Source of the DNA: Malacoraja senta
Lineage: Eukaryota
Length of the DNA: 64,000 bases
Direction of reading: 5' to 3'
Assembly (NCBI GenBank): GCA_038087875.1
Contig: CM075989.1
Coordinates: forward strand, 14,572,001-14,636,000
Made by a program: the position numbers and the translations under genes. Under the pieces are notes generated by a model, which saw only the letters and a list, made by a program, of their open reading frames with translations, was not told the DNA's origin and did no database searches. Shown here piece after piece: positions 51,201 to 62,887 of this stretch. Every line of letters begins with the position of its first letter. Within the stretch, counting starts at the first letter, position 1.

Positions 51201-52772
51201 GACCCAAGCTTCGGATATTGTTGTTTCACTGATTCCATGGTGATGCTGTCAACCCTGCACACAGGCTGAAGCTGTTCTATTGCAGGCCTTCCCAACAGTG
51301 CAGTGTGCAGGTCTTTTACTACAGAAATGTTCTCTATGGCTGTCTTTTTGCCTCTGCGCAGTGTTTCTCTGGCTACACCTAGGACAGAGAGTGCATTGAC
51401 CTCTGGCCCAAACAACGGCGTGTCGACACTGCCAGGCGCTTCCCATCATGCCCCCCTGTAATGTCATGGTACACCTCGGCTGGCATGGCGGTGACATCAG
51501 CACCAGTGTCTATTTTAACGCACACTTTTTTTTGTCTCACTTGTAGCTGCACCGTCCACGGGTCTTTTCCAGCATCCACGGCTCCTAGGAAAAAGCTCTC
51601 TTCTTCCTCTGTAGTGACAGCATTCAGAGATTTTGCACTGTTTCTGCACACTTTGCCATAATGTCCCTTTTTGCCACAGTTGTGACACACAGCATCTTTA
51701 GCAGGGCATTCCCATTTTCCATGCGAGGGCATTTTTCCACATCTATAACAGGCCTTTGAACCTGGCTGTGGCCGTGTATTACGTTTATTTTTGCCTGGTG
51801 TTTGTGCTTGTGGCTGAGGCTTTGAGGGAAATTTGGGTTTTCTGTAGCTTTTAGCATGCACAGCATCAACATTAGGGCACTTGCTAGCACCGCCATTTTC
51901 TCCTCTTAAGTCAGACCGCTGTCGTCTAACTTCTTCAGACTGCCTTGTCTTGTTATCGCAGTTCCAAGGGTTAGGTCTCTGTCTAGCTGTAGCTTTTCTG
52001 ACAATGAGACGTTTCTCAGCCCGACCACTAACCTGTCGTGGATCAGCTGGTTCTGTAACTGTCCATAGTTGCAGTGTTCAGCTAATCTGTATAGAGCAGT
52101 GATGAAGGAATCCACCGTTTCTCCTGGCAGTTGCACACGCTGATTGAACTTGGCTCTTTCGTAGATTACATTCTTTTTAGGCACAAAAATGCATCAAAGC
52201 CCGCCTTGACATCCGTGTACATCTTCCTCTCATCTGCAGTTAGCGTTAGCCCCTTTAGCACATCTTCGGCTTCATCGCCCATGCAATACACGAACGTGTT
52301 CACCTGGTTTTCTTCCGACGTTGCGTTTAAGTTGCTTGCAAGCCGATTGCGGTCGAATCTCCTGATCCAACGCTCCCATTCTTGATGCTTGGTAAAATCG
52401 AATGTCTCTGGAGGTTGTATTGTGAACGTAGCAGTTGGTGTAGGGTGCCCCATATCTGCCAGCTCATCTCACATTTCTCCGCCAAAACGATACACTTTCT
52501 CTTCTTCTTTTTTTTTTTCGCTTACAAGTATCCCGTTTCTGACACCATATCGAATTATTCTTATAATGAGGCTCGTACAATGACGTAATCGGAGTCTGTC
52601 TTTATTTAGCAACTCTGTACAGCAGCAGCCTCGTGCTGCATCCCCGGGCCCTGCTCCTAGGCCTCCCCGGTTACGCCCACAGCCCCACCTTCAGGCCGGA
52701 AGCCGTCACTGCAGCCTGACCACTGGCAGCAGAATAAAGGCATTCCTTACACTATTATTCCATAATACCACA
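48211..52772 (-). mobile_element. Gypsy-A second copy, inverted and frameshifted
   Basis: LTRs 48211-48436 and 52548-52772, PBS ending 52547; ORF fragments near-identical to the 1120-aa protein; integrase frame open 48419-49747; ~190-bp deletion in the 3' UTR relative to copy 1. Confidence 0.97.
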
Positions 52773-55370
52773 GGACATGGGCCATTGTGAGCAGTTTTGG
52801 GTCCCACATCTGAGGAAGGATGTGCTTGGCACTGCAGAGGGTCCAGAGGAGGTTTACAAGAACGATCCCAATAATGAATGGGTTAATGTGCGATGAACGT
52901 TTGTCTGCACTGGGCCTGGACTTGCTGGAGTTTGGAAGAATGAGGGGGTGGGTTCCTCATTAAAACTTTCCCAAATAGTGAAAGGCTTGGATAGAGTGGA
53001 TGTGGAGAGGATGTTTCCACTAGTGAGAGAGTCTCGGACCAGAGGGCACAGCCTCAAAATTAAAGGGCGTTCCTTTAGAATGAAGATGGGGAGGAATTTC
53101 TTTAGTCAGTGGGTGGTGAATCTGTGTGACTCTGTGACTTCCCTCCCCAGCCCTGCCTCCTCTCTCCCCTTGTCTCTATCCACGGGATCGACCTTCCCAC
53201 CCGGTATCGCCCTCCCACTCAGCATGATCGAATGACCGGGTGGGGGTCACAAAGGACACTGCGGGTCATCAGCGGGGAGTGAGTGTGACTGAGGTGGCCC
53301 TCTTGGTTATGAGCATTTGCAGCAAGTGACTGACTGAGGGGAGGCTGCTACCATCTTGGTGCAGGGCAATTAGTGGAAGTGACTGTGACTGAAGAGTACG
53401 GAAGCCATCTTGGTGAGGGGCGTTTGTAGCAATGGCGACCATCTTGGTGAGGGGCATCAACCACATTTTGTATTATAACGTGTTATATTGTATTATAGTG
53501 TGTTATATTGTGTTAAGTTGTGTTATAGTGTATTATATTGTATTTGGGTGTGTTCAAAATCGTGTGTCATAACGTATTATATTGTATTATGGTGCATTAT
53601 GTATCATAGTGCATTATAACTTTATTCCTTTGAGCGCAGGAGGATGTGGGATGATCTTATAGAGGTGTACAAAATCATCACAGGAATAGTTCGAGTAGAT
53701 GCACAGAGTCCCTTGCCAGAGTAGGGGAATCGACGACCAGAGGACATCGGTTTAAGGTGAAGGGAAAGATTCAACAGGAATCTGAGGTAGACAAAAAAGC
53801 TGGAGAAATTCAGCGGATGAGGCAGCATCTATGGAGTGAAGGAATAAGCGACGTTTCAGGTCGAGACCCTTCTTTAAACTGACCCTTTTTCAGTCTGAAG
53901 AAGGGTCTCGACCCGAAACGTCGACTATTCCTTTGCTCCATAGATCCTGCCTCACCGGCTGAGTTTCTCAGGGTTTTTGTCTACCTTCGATTTTTCCCAG
54001 CATCTGCATTTCTTTCTTAAACATAGGAGTCTGAGGGGTAACTTTTCCATACAGAGGGTGTTTGTATGGAATGAGCTGCCAGAGGAGGTAGTTGAGGCAG
54101 GGACTATCGCTATGTTTAAAAGACACTTGGACAGGTACATGGATAGGACAGGTTTAGAGGGACATGGGCCATTGTGAGCAGTTTTGGGTCCCACATCTGA
54201 GGAAGGATGTGCTTGGCACTGCAGAGGGTCCAGAGGAGGTTTACAAGAACGATCCCAGGAATGAGTGGGTTAATGTACGATGAGCGTTTGTCTGCACTGG
54301 GCCTGGACTTGCTGGACTTTGGAAGAATGAGGGGGTGAGTTCCTCATTAAAACTTTCCCAAATAGTGAAAGGCTTGGATAGAGTGGATGTGGAGAGGATG
54401 TTTCCACTAGTGAGAGAGTCTCGGACCAGAGGGCACAGCCGCAAAATTAAAGGGTGTTCCTTTAGAATGAAGATGGGGAGGAATTTCTTTAGTCAGAGGG
54501 TGGTGAATCTGTGTGACTCTGTGACTTCCCTCCCCCAGCCCTGCCTCCTCTCTCCCCTTGTCTCTATCCACGGGATCGACCTTCCCACCCAGTATCACCG
54601 TCCCACCCGGCATGAACGAATGACTGGGTGGGGGTCACAAAGGACACTGCGGGGCATCAGCGGGGAGTGAGTGTGACTGAGGCAGCCATCTTGTTGCGGG
54701 GCATTTGCAGCAAGTGACTGACTGAGGGGAGGCTGCTACCATCTTGGTGCAGGGAAATTAGTGGAAGTGATATGACTGAAGAGTACGGAAGCCATCTTGG
54801 TGAGGGGCGTTTGGGCGACCATCTTGGTGAGGGCATCAATCACATTTTGTATTATAGAGTGTTATATTGTATTATAGTGTGTTATATTGTGTTAAGTTGT
54901 GTTATAGTGTATTATATTGTATTTGGGTGTGTTCAGAATCGTGTGTCATAACGTATTATATTGTATTATGGTACATTATGTATTATAGTGCATTATAACT
55001 TTATTCCTTGGAGCGCAGGAGGATGTGGGATGATCTTATAGAGGTGTACAAAATCATGACAGGGATAGTTCGAGTAGATGCACAGAGTCCCTTGCCAGAG
55101 TAGGGGAATCGAGGACCAGAGGACGTCGGTTTAAGGTGAAGGGGAAAGATTTAACAGGAATCTGAGGTAGACAAAAAAGCTGGCGAAATTCAGCGGGTGA
55201 GGCAGCATCTATGGAGTGAAGGAATAAGCGAAGTTTCAGCTCGAGACCCTTCTTTAAACTGACCCTTTTTCAGTCTGAAGAAAGGTCTCGACCCAAACGT
55301 CACCTATTCCTTCGCTCCATAGATGCTGCTCACCCGCTGAGTTTCTCCAGGTTTTTGTCTACCTTCGATG
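52773..55370 (+). repeat. Tandem array of the 1.38-kb unit, about 1.9 copies, opposite orientation to 43245-48210
   Basis: Reverse complement of the 43-48 kb units; markers at ~53620 and ~55000. Confidence 0.95.
53895..53922 (+). ncRNA. Minimal type-I hammerhead ribozyme-like motif (Penelope pseudo-LTR), representative copy
   Basis: CUGAAGA-A-[GGGUC UC GACCC]-GAAA-CG-UC; equivalent copies at 23114-23141 (+), 44692-44719 (-), 46072-46099 (-); stem I very weak, activity unproven. Confidence 0.5.
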
Positions 55371-55970
55371 CTGATGCTGCCCATCCTGTTTACTTGACCT
55401 CCATCTCTAACTGAGACCCCTCTCTGCCCCATGTGCTCCACAGAGACCCACCATTCACCGTGTAGCTCCTGCCCACCTTCCCCTTTCAAAATGCGACGCC
55501 TCACACTTCTCTGTATTAGGCAGGAGATGGGGAGGTGTTTCTTTAGCCAGAGGGTGGTGAATCTGTGGGATTCTTTGCCACAGAAGGCGGTGGAGGCCAA
55601 GTCAGTGGGTGTTTTTAAGGCAGAGATAGATAGATAGATTGTTGATTGGTACGGGCTTGGATTGGAATGGGGTTAGGACGGAGAGATACATCACCCGTGA
55701 TTGAATGGTGGAATAGACTCGATGGACGAATGGCCTCATTCTGCTCCCGGAACTTGTGAACCGATCGGGATCCTGTCGCCATCCAAGCGGATGAGAGGGT
55801 GGGGGTTGTACAGATGTTTTATTCTGGTAGTCAATGCAGATGTGCTAATTTAATGTTTATTTCTGCTCTCTCCCTCCCTCCCTCTCTCTCCCTCTCTCCC
55901 CTTTTCTCTCGCCCTCTTTCTCTCCCCTCCCTCTCTCCCTCTCTCTCTTCCTCCCTCCCTCTTCCCACAG

Positions 55971-56565
55971 CTAACAAGTACAAGCCATCGATTGAGCAAG
56001 GAAGAGTGATGGAAAATGACCAAACTATCTTGCTAAATCCACCACTTTTCACCATTGATAAAGATGTCCCTCCATTATGCAGGTGAAGAGAGAGGATGGG
56101 AGGGGGGGGGGGTGAAGGGGATGGGTTGGGGGATGTGGGGCACCTCTCTGCTCCCCTCTATCCCTCCCTCTTTCCCCTCTCCCCCTCTCTCTCTCCCCTC
56201 TCCCGTCCCCCTCTCTCTCTCTCTCCCTATCTCTCTCCCCCTCTCTCCCACTCTCTCTACCCCCTCCCTCTCCCCTTTTCTCTCCCCCTCTCTCCCCCTC
56301 TCCCTCTTCTCTCCCCTCTCTCTTTCTTGCTCCCCCTCTCTTCCCCCTCTCTCTCTCCCCCTCTCTTACCCACTCTCTCCTCTCCTCCTCTCTCTCCCCC
56401 CTCCCCCTCTCCCTCTATCTCCCCTCTCTCTCTCTCCCTTTCTCTCCCTCTTTCTTACTCTCTCTCTCTCTCTCTCCCCCACTCTCTCTCTCCTCTTTCT
56501 CTCTCCCCCTCTCTTTCCGCCTCTCTCTCTCTCCTCTCACTTCTACATTGATAACAACGATAAGG

Positions 56566-56596
<31 letters not shown>

Positions 56597-57456
56597 GGGG
56601 GGGAGAGAGGGGGAGACAGGAAGACTTTCGATGAATTTAGTTGAGTTTATGACAGTCACCGAGCTACAATGAGAAGCTCTGTTTTGGGTGCAATCCAGTC
56701 AGTGGAAAGACTATACAATTGAGCCTCCCCTCTCTCTTCCCTCTCTCTCTCTGTCCTCCTCAGAGAATGACTTTGCACACAACGCGCTCACGCTCCACGG
56801 CCCTCGAGTGACGTCCTATATTGGCCCCAACTTGGAGATAGCCGACCCGTCAGATTTCGTTGGAATCTTGAGCAGGTACAGGCCGGGCGAGTTGGGAGGA
56901 CGGCAAATTTGGGGGCATAGGCAAAGCTTTTACTCCCCCTCATCCCCTCCCCTCCCCTCCCCTCCCCAGTCAAAAAGACTTCACGGCAGCCATTTTAAGC
57001 CGCCCATTCCCTCTCTCTCGAAATGGCCGCCTCAAAGCAGGTTGGAAAGTGTCATGGGAGGGGTGGATCAGGGAGGGAAGAGGTGGGGGGGGGGAACACG
57101 GATCACACTCCCTTCGCCCTCTTGCCCGCTGCTAGGGCAGTGAGGGAGGGAGCGGGACGGGAGGGAGAGAGGAGAGGGAGGCATCAGCGGGGGCGGCCAT
57201 TTTAAGCCGCCCATTCCCTCCCTCTTCAAAATGGTCGCCTAATGGCCTGTTTCCGCGCTGTATCTTTAAAACGGGATTCTGTCCTGGTCCAGGCCTGGGA
57301 TGGCAAGTGGCATCTCTACGCTCTGAGTCTCCAGTTTCCCACCATCATCTTCTATGTCGAGGGAGTGATCTACGAACCGGCCCTGATTCTCGACAGTGGG
57401 GCCCTTCCACCTGCCTCGTCCTAGCCCATGCCTCCTCATCGCAGCCTGCTGGAACG
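55971..57456 (+). pseudogene. CLSTN3: Calsyntenin-3 pseudogene, copy 2 (exons 55971-56082, 56764-56875, 57293-57456; interrupted by the gap)
   Basis: ANKYKPSIEQGRVMENDQTILLNPPLFTIDKDVP; ENDFAHNALTLHG..LYWPQLGDSRPVRFRWNLEQ; AWDGKWHLYALSLQFPTIIFYVEGVIYEPALILDSG..ACWN; AG/GT sites intact; each exon frameshifted. Confidence 0.92.
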
Positions 57457-57749
57457 GTGAGCTACAACAACCCTTCTCCCTCCTTCACTCCTCTCTCTCC
57501 CATACTCCCTCACTCTCTCACCCTCTCCCTCTCTCTCTCTCTCTCTCTCATCTGTCTCTACACCCTCCCCCCCCCCCCTCTCTCTCTCTATTTAACCGAG
57601 GATAGACACAAATGCTGGAGTAACTCAGCGGGACAGGCAGCAGCTTCTGAAGAGAAGGAATGGGTGACGTTTCGGGTCGAGAACCTTCTCAGACTTTGGT
57701 TTCAACCAGCATCTGCAGTTCCTTCCTATATACCCTCTTGCTCTTTCCA

Positions 57750-58135
<386 letters not shown>

Positions 58136-58303
58136 CTCTGTCTCACTGTCTCACTCTCTGCATTTCTGTTCAGTTCAGGGCACCGTGTTATAGGAAAGAT
58201 ATAGTGAAGCTTGAAAGGGTTCAGAGAGATTTACAAGGATGTTGCAGGACTCAAGGGGTGGGGCTGAGCTACAGGGAGCGGTTGGGTTGGCTGGGACTGT
58301 ATT

Positions 58304-58503
58304 NNNNNNNNNNNNNNNNNNNNNNNNNNNNNNNNNNNNNNNNNNNNNNNNNNNNNNNNNNNNNNNNNNNNNNNNNNNNNNNNNNNNNNNNNNNNNNNNN
58401 NNNNNNNNNNNNNNNNNNNNNNNNNNNNNNNNNNNNNNNNNNNNNNNNNNNNNNNNNNNNNNNNNNNNNNNNNNNNNNNNNNNNNNNNNNNNNNNNNNNN
58501 NNN
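58304..58503. other. Assembly gap (200 N)
   Basis: Run of N. Confidence 1.
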
Positions 58504-59170
58504 CTTCCTTCCATGAAGCCAATTTGCTATCCATTCATCTATCTCTCCTTGGATCCCATGCGATCTAACCTTCCATAGCAGCCTACCATGCGGCACCTTG
58601 TCGAACACCTTACTGAAGTCCATGTACACAACATCTACAGCTCTGCCTTCATCAACCTTTTTGCTCACGTCTTCAAAAAAATCAATTAGATTTGTGAGAC
58701 ATGACCTCCCGCGTACAAAACCATGCTGACTGGCCCTAATCAGCCCTTGCCCGTCCAAATGCCTGTATAACCTATTCCTCACAATACTCTCCAGTAACTT
58801 ACCAACTACAGATGTTAAGCTCACCGGCCGATAGTTCCCAGCATTTTCCGTGCAGCCCTTCTAGAAAAGAGGCACAACATTTGCCCCCCTCCAATCCTCT
58901 GGTACCTCTCCTGTATTTATCTACCAGAGGTCTGTCTACCTTCAAACACGGCAGTACCCTCAGTACTTCTTCCACGGTAACCCTGACTGCTCTCAAGACA
59001 CTTCCAGTCACTGCTCCAAGTTCCTCCGTCCTACTGTCTTTCTCCTGGGTAAATACTCATTGAGGACCTTGCCCATCTCCTGTGGCTCCACACAGAGGTG
59101 ACCGCTTTCATTCCTGCGCGGTCCCACTCTCTCTCTAGTTACCCTTTTCCCCCTTTATGTATTTATAACA
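58504..59170 (-). mobile_element. CR1 LINE RT fragment
   Basis: SLTSVVGKLLESI..SQHGFVRGRSCLTNLIDFFE..VDVVYMDFSKVFDKVPHGRLL. Confidence 0.9.
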
Positions 59171-59339
59171 TCATTAGAGGGGGGAGGCTGGTGTGAATGT
59201 GAGAGTTGGGGAAGTGCAGTGCGGGGCAGATGTGGGGAATGTGAAAGTGAGTGTGGAGGAGAGGAGATGTAGAGAGCACAGAGGGTAGGGAGAGGAAAGA
59301 TTTGTAGCAGGGAAATGAGAGGTTAGGGATTCTCTCTTT

Positions 59340-59920
59340 CTTCCTCACTCTCTATCTCTATCTCTCCCTATATCTCACTCTTTCACTCTCTCTCTCTCTC
59401 TCTCTCCCTCTCCCTCTTCCTCTCTCTCTCTCTTCCTCACCCCTCTCTCTCTCTCTCTCTTTCCCTCTCCTCTCTCTCTCTCTCTCTCTCTCCCCCCTCT
59501 CTCTCTCTCTCTTTCTCTCTCTCTCTTTCTCACTCTCTTTCTCTCTTTCCCTTTCGCTCTCTCTCTCTCGCTCTCTCTCCCCATCTGCCTCTCTCACTCT
59601 CCCTCTCTCCATCGCTCCCTCTCTCCCTCTCTCCCTCTCTCCCTCTCTCCCTCTCTCTCTCCCTCTTTCTCTCTCTCTTTCTCTTTCTCTCTCTCTCTCT
59701 CTCACTCTCTCTCTCTCCCCCTCCCCTACCTTGTCCTTTCCTCGACTCCCATCCCCTCAACTCCCTCCCATCCCCTCCCCTCCCCACTACTCCCCTCCCC
59801 ACTCCTCCCCTCCCCACTACTCCCCTCCCCACTCCACCCCTCCCCTCCCCTCCCCTCCCCATCCCTACCATCCCCTCCCCTCCCCACTACTCCCCTCCCC
59901 ACTCCTCCCCTCCCCTCCCA
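59340..59920. repeat. Polypyrimidine tract: (CT)n followed by (CCCCT)-type repeats
   Basis: Directly visible. Confidence 0.9.
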
Positions 59921-60054
59921 TTGCCGTGTTTCTTCACATTGTGTGATAGGCTTTCCATCATGGTCTAAATTAAAAACACGGTTAAATTGCCGCGGCCTCA
60001 CGCCTCCCTCTGCTCACACTCGCTCTTGCACGCAGTATCTGTGGAATCTGTGGC

Positions 60055-60270
60055 AGTCTGTGAATTCTCTGCCTCAGAGGGCGGTGGAGGCCGGTTTTCT
60101 GGATGTTTTCAAGAGAGAGCTAGATAGGGCTCTTGAAGACAGCGGAGTCAGGGGATATGGGGAGAAGGCAGGAACGGGGTACTGATTGGGGATGATCAGC
60201 CATGATCACATTGAATGGCGGTGCTGGCTCGAAGGGCCGAATGGCCTCCTCCTGCACCTATTGTCTATTG
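60055..60270 (+). mobile_element. CR1 3' end
   Basis: NSLPQRAVEAG..FKRELDRAL..GVRGYGEKAGTGY plus 3' UTR. Confidence 0.85.
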
Positions 60271-60680
60271 TATCAACCGGCACGTCTGCTGCCACACACC
60301 CACTGACACACCGATGCAAGCTCATTTGCACACTCACTAATACTCATTGACACACCAATACACACTGACACACACATTGATACACCCAATGCACCAATCA
60401 CTGGCATAGACAGGCATTGACACACCAACACACACCCATTAATACACTTTCACCAACACACAATCACTCACACACAATGCACTACCTGAGACCACATACA
60501 CACTCACCAATGCACACTTGCACACACTCGTTGGCACAAGGACTGATCCACACTCACACTCACACACACTCACACTCACACTCACTGACACACAAATATT
60601 GATGCACCAACACAACCCGCTAGTGCACACTCACCAATACACGCCGATACACGCTTATTTGCACAATCATTGCTACATAC

Positions 60681-61050
60681 TGTAGATTGGCTATTGCACG
60701 CTAGCCAATCATAGTGCTTGTTAGTAGTAGCCCCGTCTAGTAGGAGCTTTCTAATATCGAGCGTGCCTCCGTCAGGCAGGAGATGTCAAAGACACTAGAG
60801 GAGCCAAGATGCATCACTCAGTGAACAAAGCGTAGTATGACGTGTGTGATCGTCGACGCCATTTTATAGGGCTTGCCCGCACACTGTCATGGCGTCCACA
60901 TCTACAGCTCGGTGTAACTTGTTCTAATCGCTAGTATCTTTGGTAGATGGAGCAGCTCGGAGCTGTAACGTACTGCACATCCTATGTTGTGTAAATGCTT
61001 TAATAAAAAATGGGTTGTATCTTAACGTGTGTTTGGATCACCTTATTACA
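60681..61050 (+). mobile_element. Solo LTR (370 bp)
   Basis: TGTA..TACA termini, perfect 5-bp TSD CATAC (60676-60680 and 61051-61055), AATAAA near the 3' end. Confidence 0.85.
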
Positions 61051-61754
61051 CATACGTGTGCATGTCAATGTACAATGATGGGTGGACACTCATCGACACA
61101 CCAGTGCACACTCAATGATGTGTAATTACACACCCACTGTTACACACAAATACACAGGCACCAGGACACACATTTACACACTCAGACACACTTACTGACG
61201 CAGACTGACGGTCACAGGAGGGAGGGAGGGAATGGGGGAGGGCGGGTTCACACTGTCATGGTTTCCTGTATTCCCGTGCTCACACACGTGCTCGCTGGAT
61301 CAGTGAGTGTGCGCGGGTGAGCGTGCACCGTTGTGGGCGTAGTGGTGAGCAGGCGTTGCAGAGCGTCGGGCCAGCGTGAAAACCCTGCGCCGGCATCCGG
61401 AGCCTGGGATCCCTTGTCGGGGATCGCCGGAGATGGGCTCCAACCGCCGGCATGCCTGCGGCCTATAACATCCTGAAGCCTCGGTCTCCGGTAGTCTGGA
61501 GCAAACCAGCTTGGTTCAGTGAGTAAATGAAGAACTGTCTCCAGACTAACTTAAGTCTCCAGACACACATGTGTACCTTTGAGTTACCACAATGAAAACA
61601 TCTTTTTGCTGTTTACATCTGGTAAGATTACACTTCCTTCGCTTCCTCTAGTGGTGAATGCATTTCTTGATCTCAGCGGGCAGACATTACAAACACCATC
61701 ATTGCTCAGGACAGAAGCGGGTAAGAAAACGTTGAAGCATAAATGGTCTTACAC

Positions 61755-62597
61755 TTGAGTAGAATAGAATAGAAGGCCATTTATTGTCATTCAAACAAAC
61801 AGGGTTCAAACAAAATGTTGTTCCTGCAGTTATAACAGCAAAAAACCCAAACACACACTTAACACAATTCCACACAAACATCCATCACAGTGAATCTCCA
61901 AACACCTCCTCACTGTGATGGAAGGAAAAGTCTTATCTCTTCCCTGTTCTCTGTTCTTTATTCTTCTCCCGCGGTCAAGCTGTCAAACTGCTGCATCGAG
62001 CTGATCGATCGAGGCTGATGATGCTGGATCCCCCGGTGGGCGATGGTAAGTCCCGCGTCAGTTTGAGCCGCGCCGGGCGATGTAAGGCCCTGCTCCGGGT
62101 CGGTTTAAAATCGATTTAAACCCCTCGGTTCGGGCAGGAGAAGTTGCCGTTGCGGGAGCTCCAAAAAGCGGTCTCCCACCAGGGACCCGTGAGTTCCCGA
62201 TGTTACCGTCCACCGGGCCTGCAACCGAAGCCTCTGAAGTCGGGTCGCAGCCGCGCGCCACCACAGCCCTCCGCGCTCCGAAGTCAGCCAGCTCAGTGAT
62301 GGTGAATCCGCAGGCTCTGTGACTGGAGCCCCAGGTCGATTCCTGTTGGAGGCCGTCAGCTCCACAATGTTAGGCCCCAACGACAATGGAGACACGACAG
62401 GGAAAATGTTGCGTCCCCGTACAGGGAAGAGATTAAAAAGTCCCCCCCATCCCCCCCACATATACACAGCTACAAATAAAATAAAACTAAAACCAAAAAC
62501 ATAAACCTAACAGGACAAAAAGAAAGAAAAGACAGACAGACTGCAGTCGAGCCGCTGCCACAAGGTGGCGCCACACCGACAAAGTGTAGGAATGGAG
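61755..62597 (-). mobile_element. Non-autonomous GC-rich retroelement with (TTCTA)n tail
   Basis: Tail AGAATAGAATAGAA..TTTATTGTCATT at ~61760; 62381-62597 is the reverse complement of 34215-34431. Confidence 0.6.
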
Positions 62598-62887
62598 GAG
62601 AATAAACTGTAATGTCAACTGCAAACACCAAGACCAAACTCTCTATATCTCTAGTATAAATACACAATAAAAGGAGCAGCAGTTTACACAATAAAGGGCG
62701 AGAATGGAAAACACTTTTATCAACAATTTCAATGAGCACAACGATGTAGAACAGATTGGAGAATTGTCTGTCAGTGAACGCTTTGTCATTTGTGATAAAT
62801 ATGCAGTCATTAAATATTAATTCTGAATAAAAGAAATGTAAATATTTGTCCATTTGATAGAGTCGTTCTTCTATCTACAGAGGCTCT

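Noticed and set aside
60030..60065. Possible further CLSTN3 exon start (CAG then ..VESVAV.E, similar to GVESITVYEE)
   Set aside because: Match is only ~6 residues and overlaps the start of a CR1 fragment with similar sequence.
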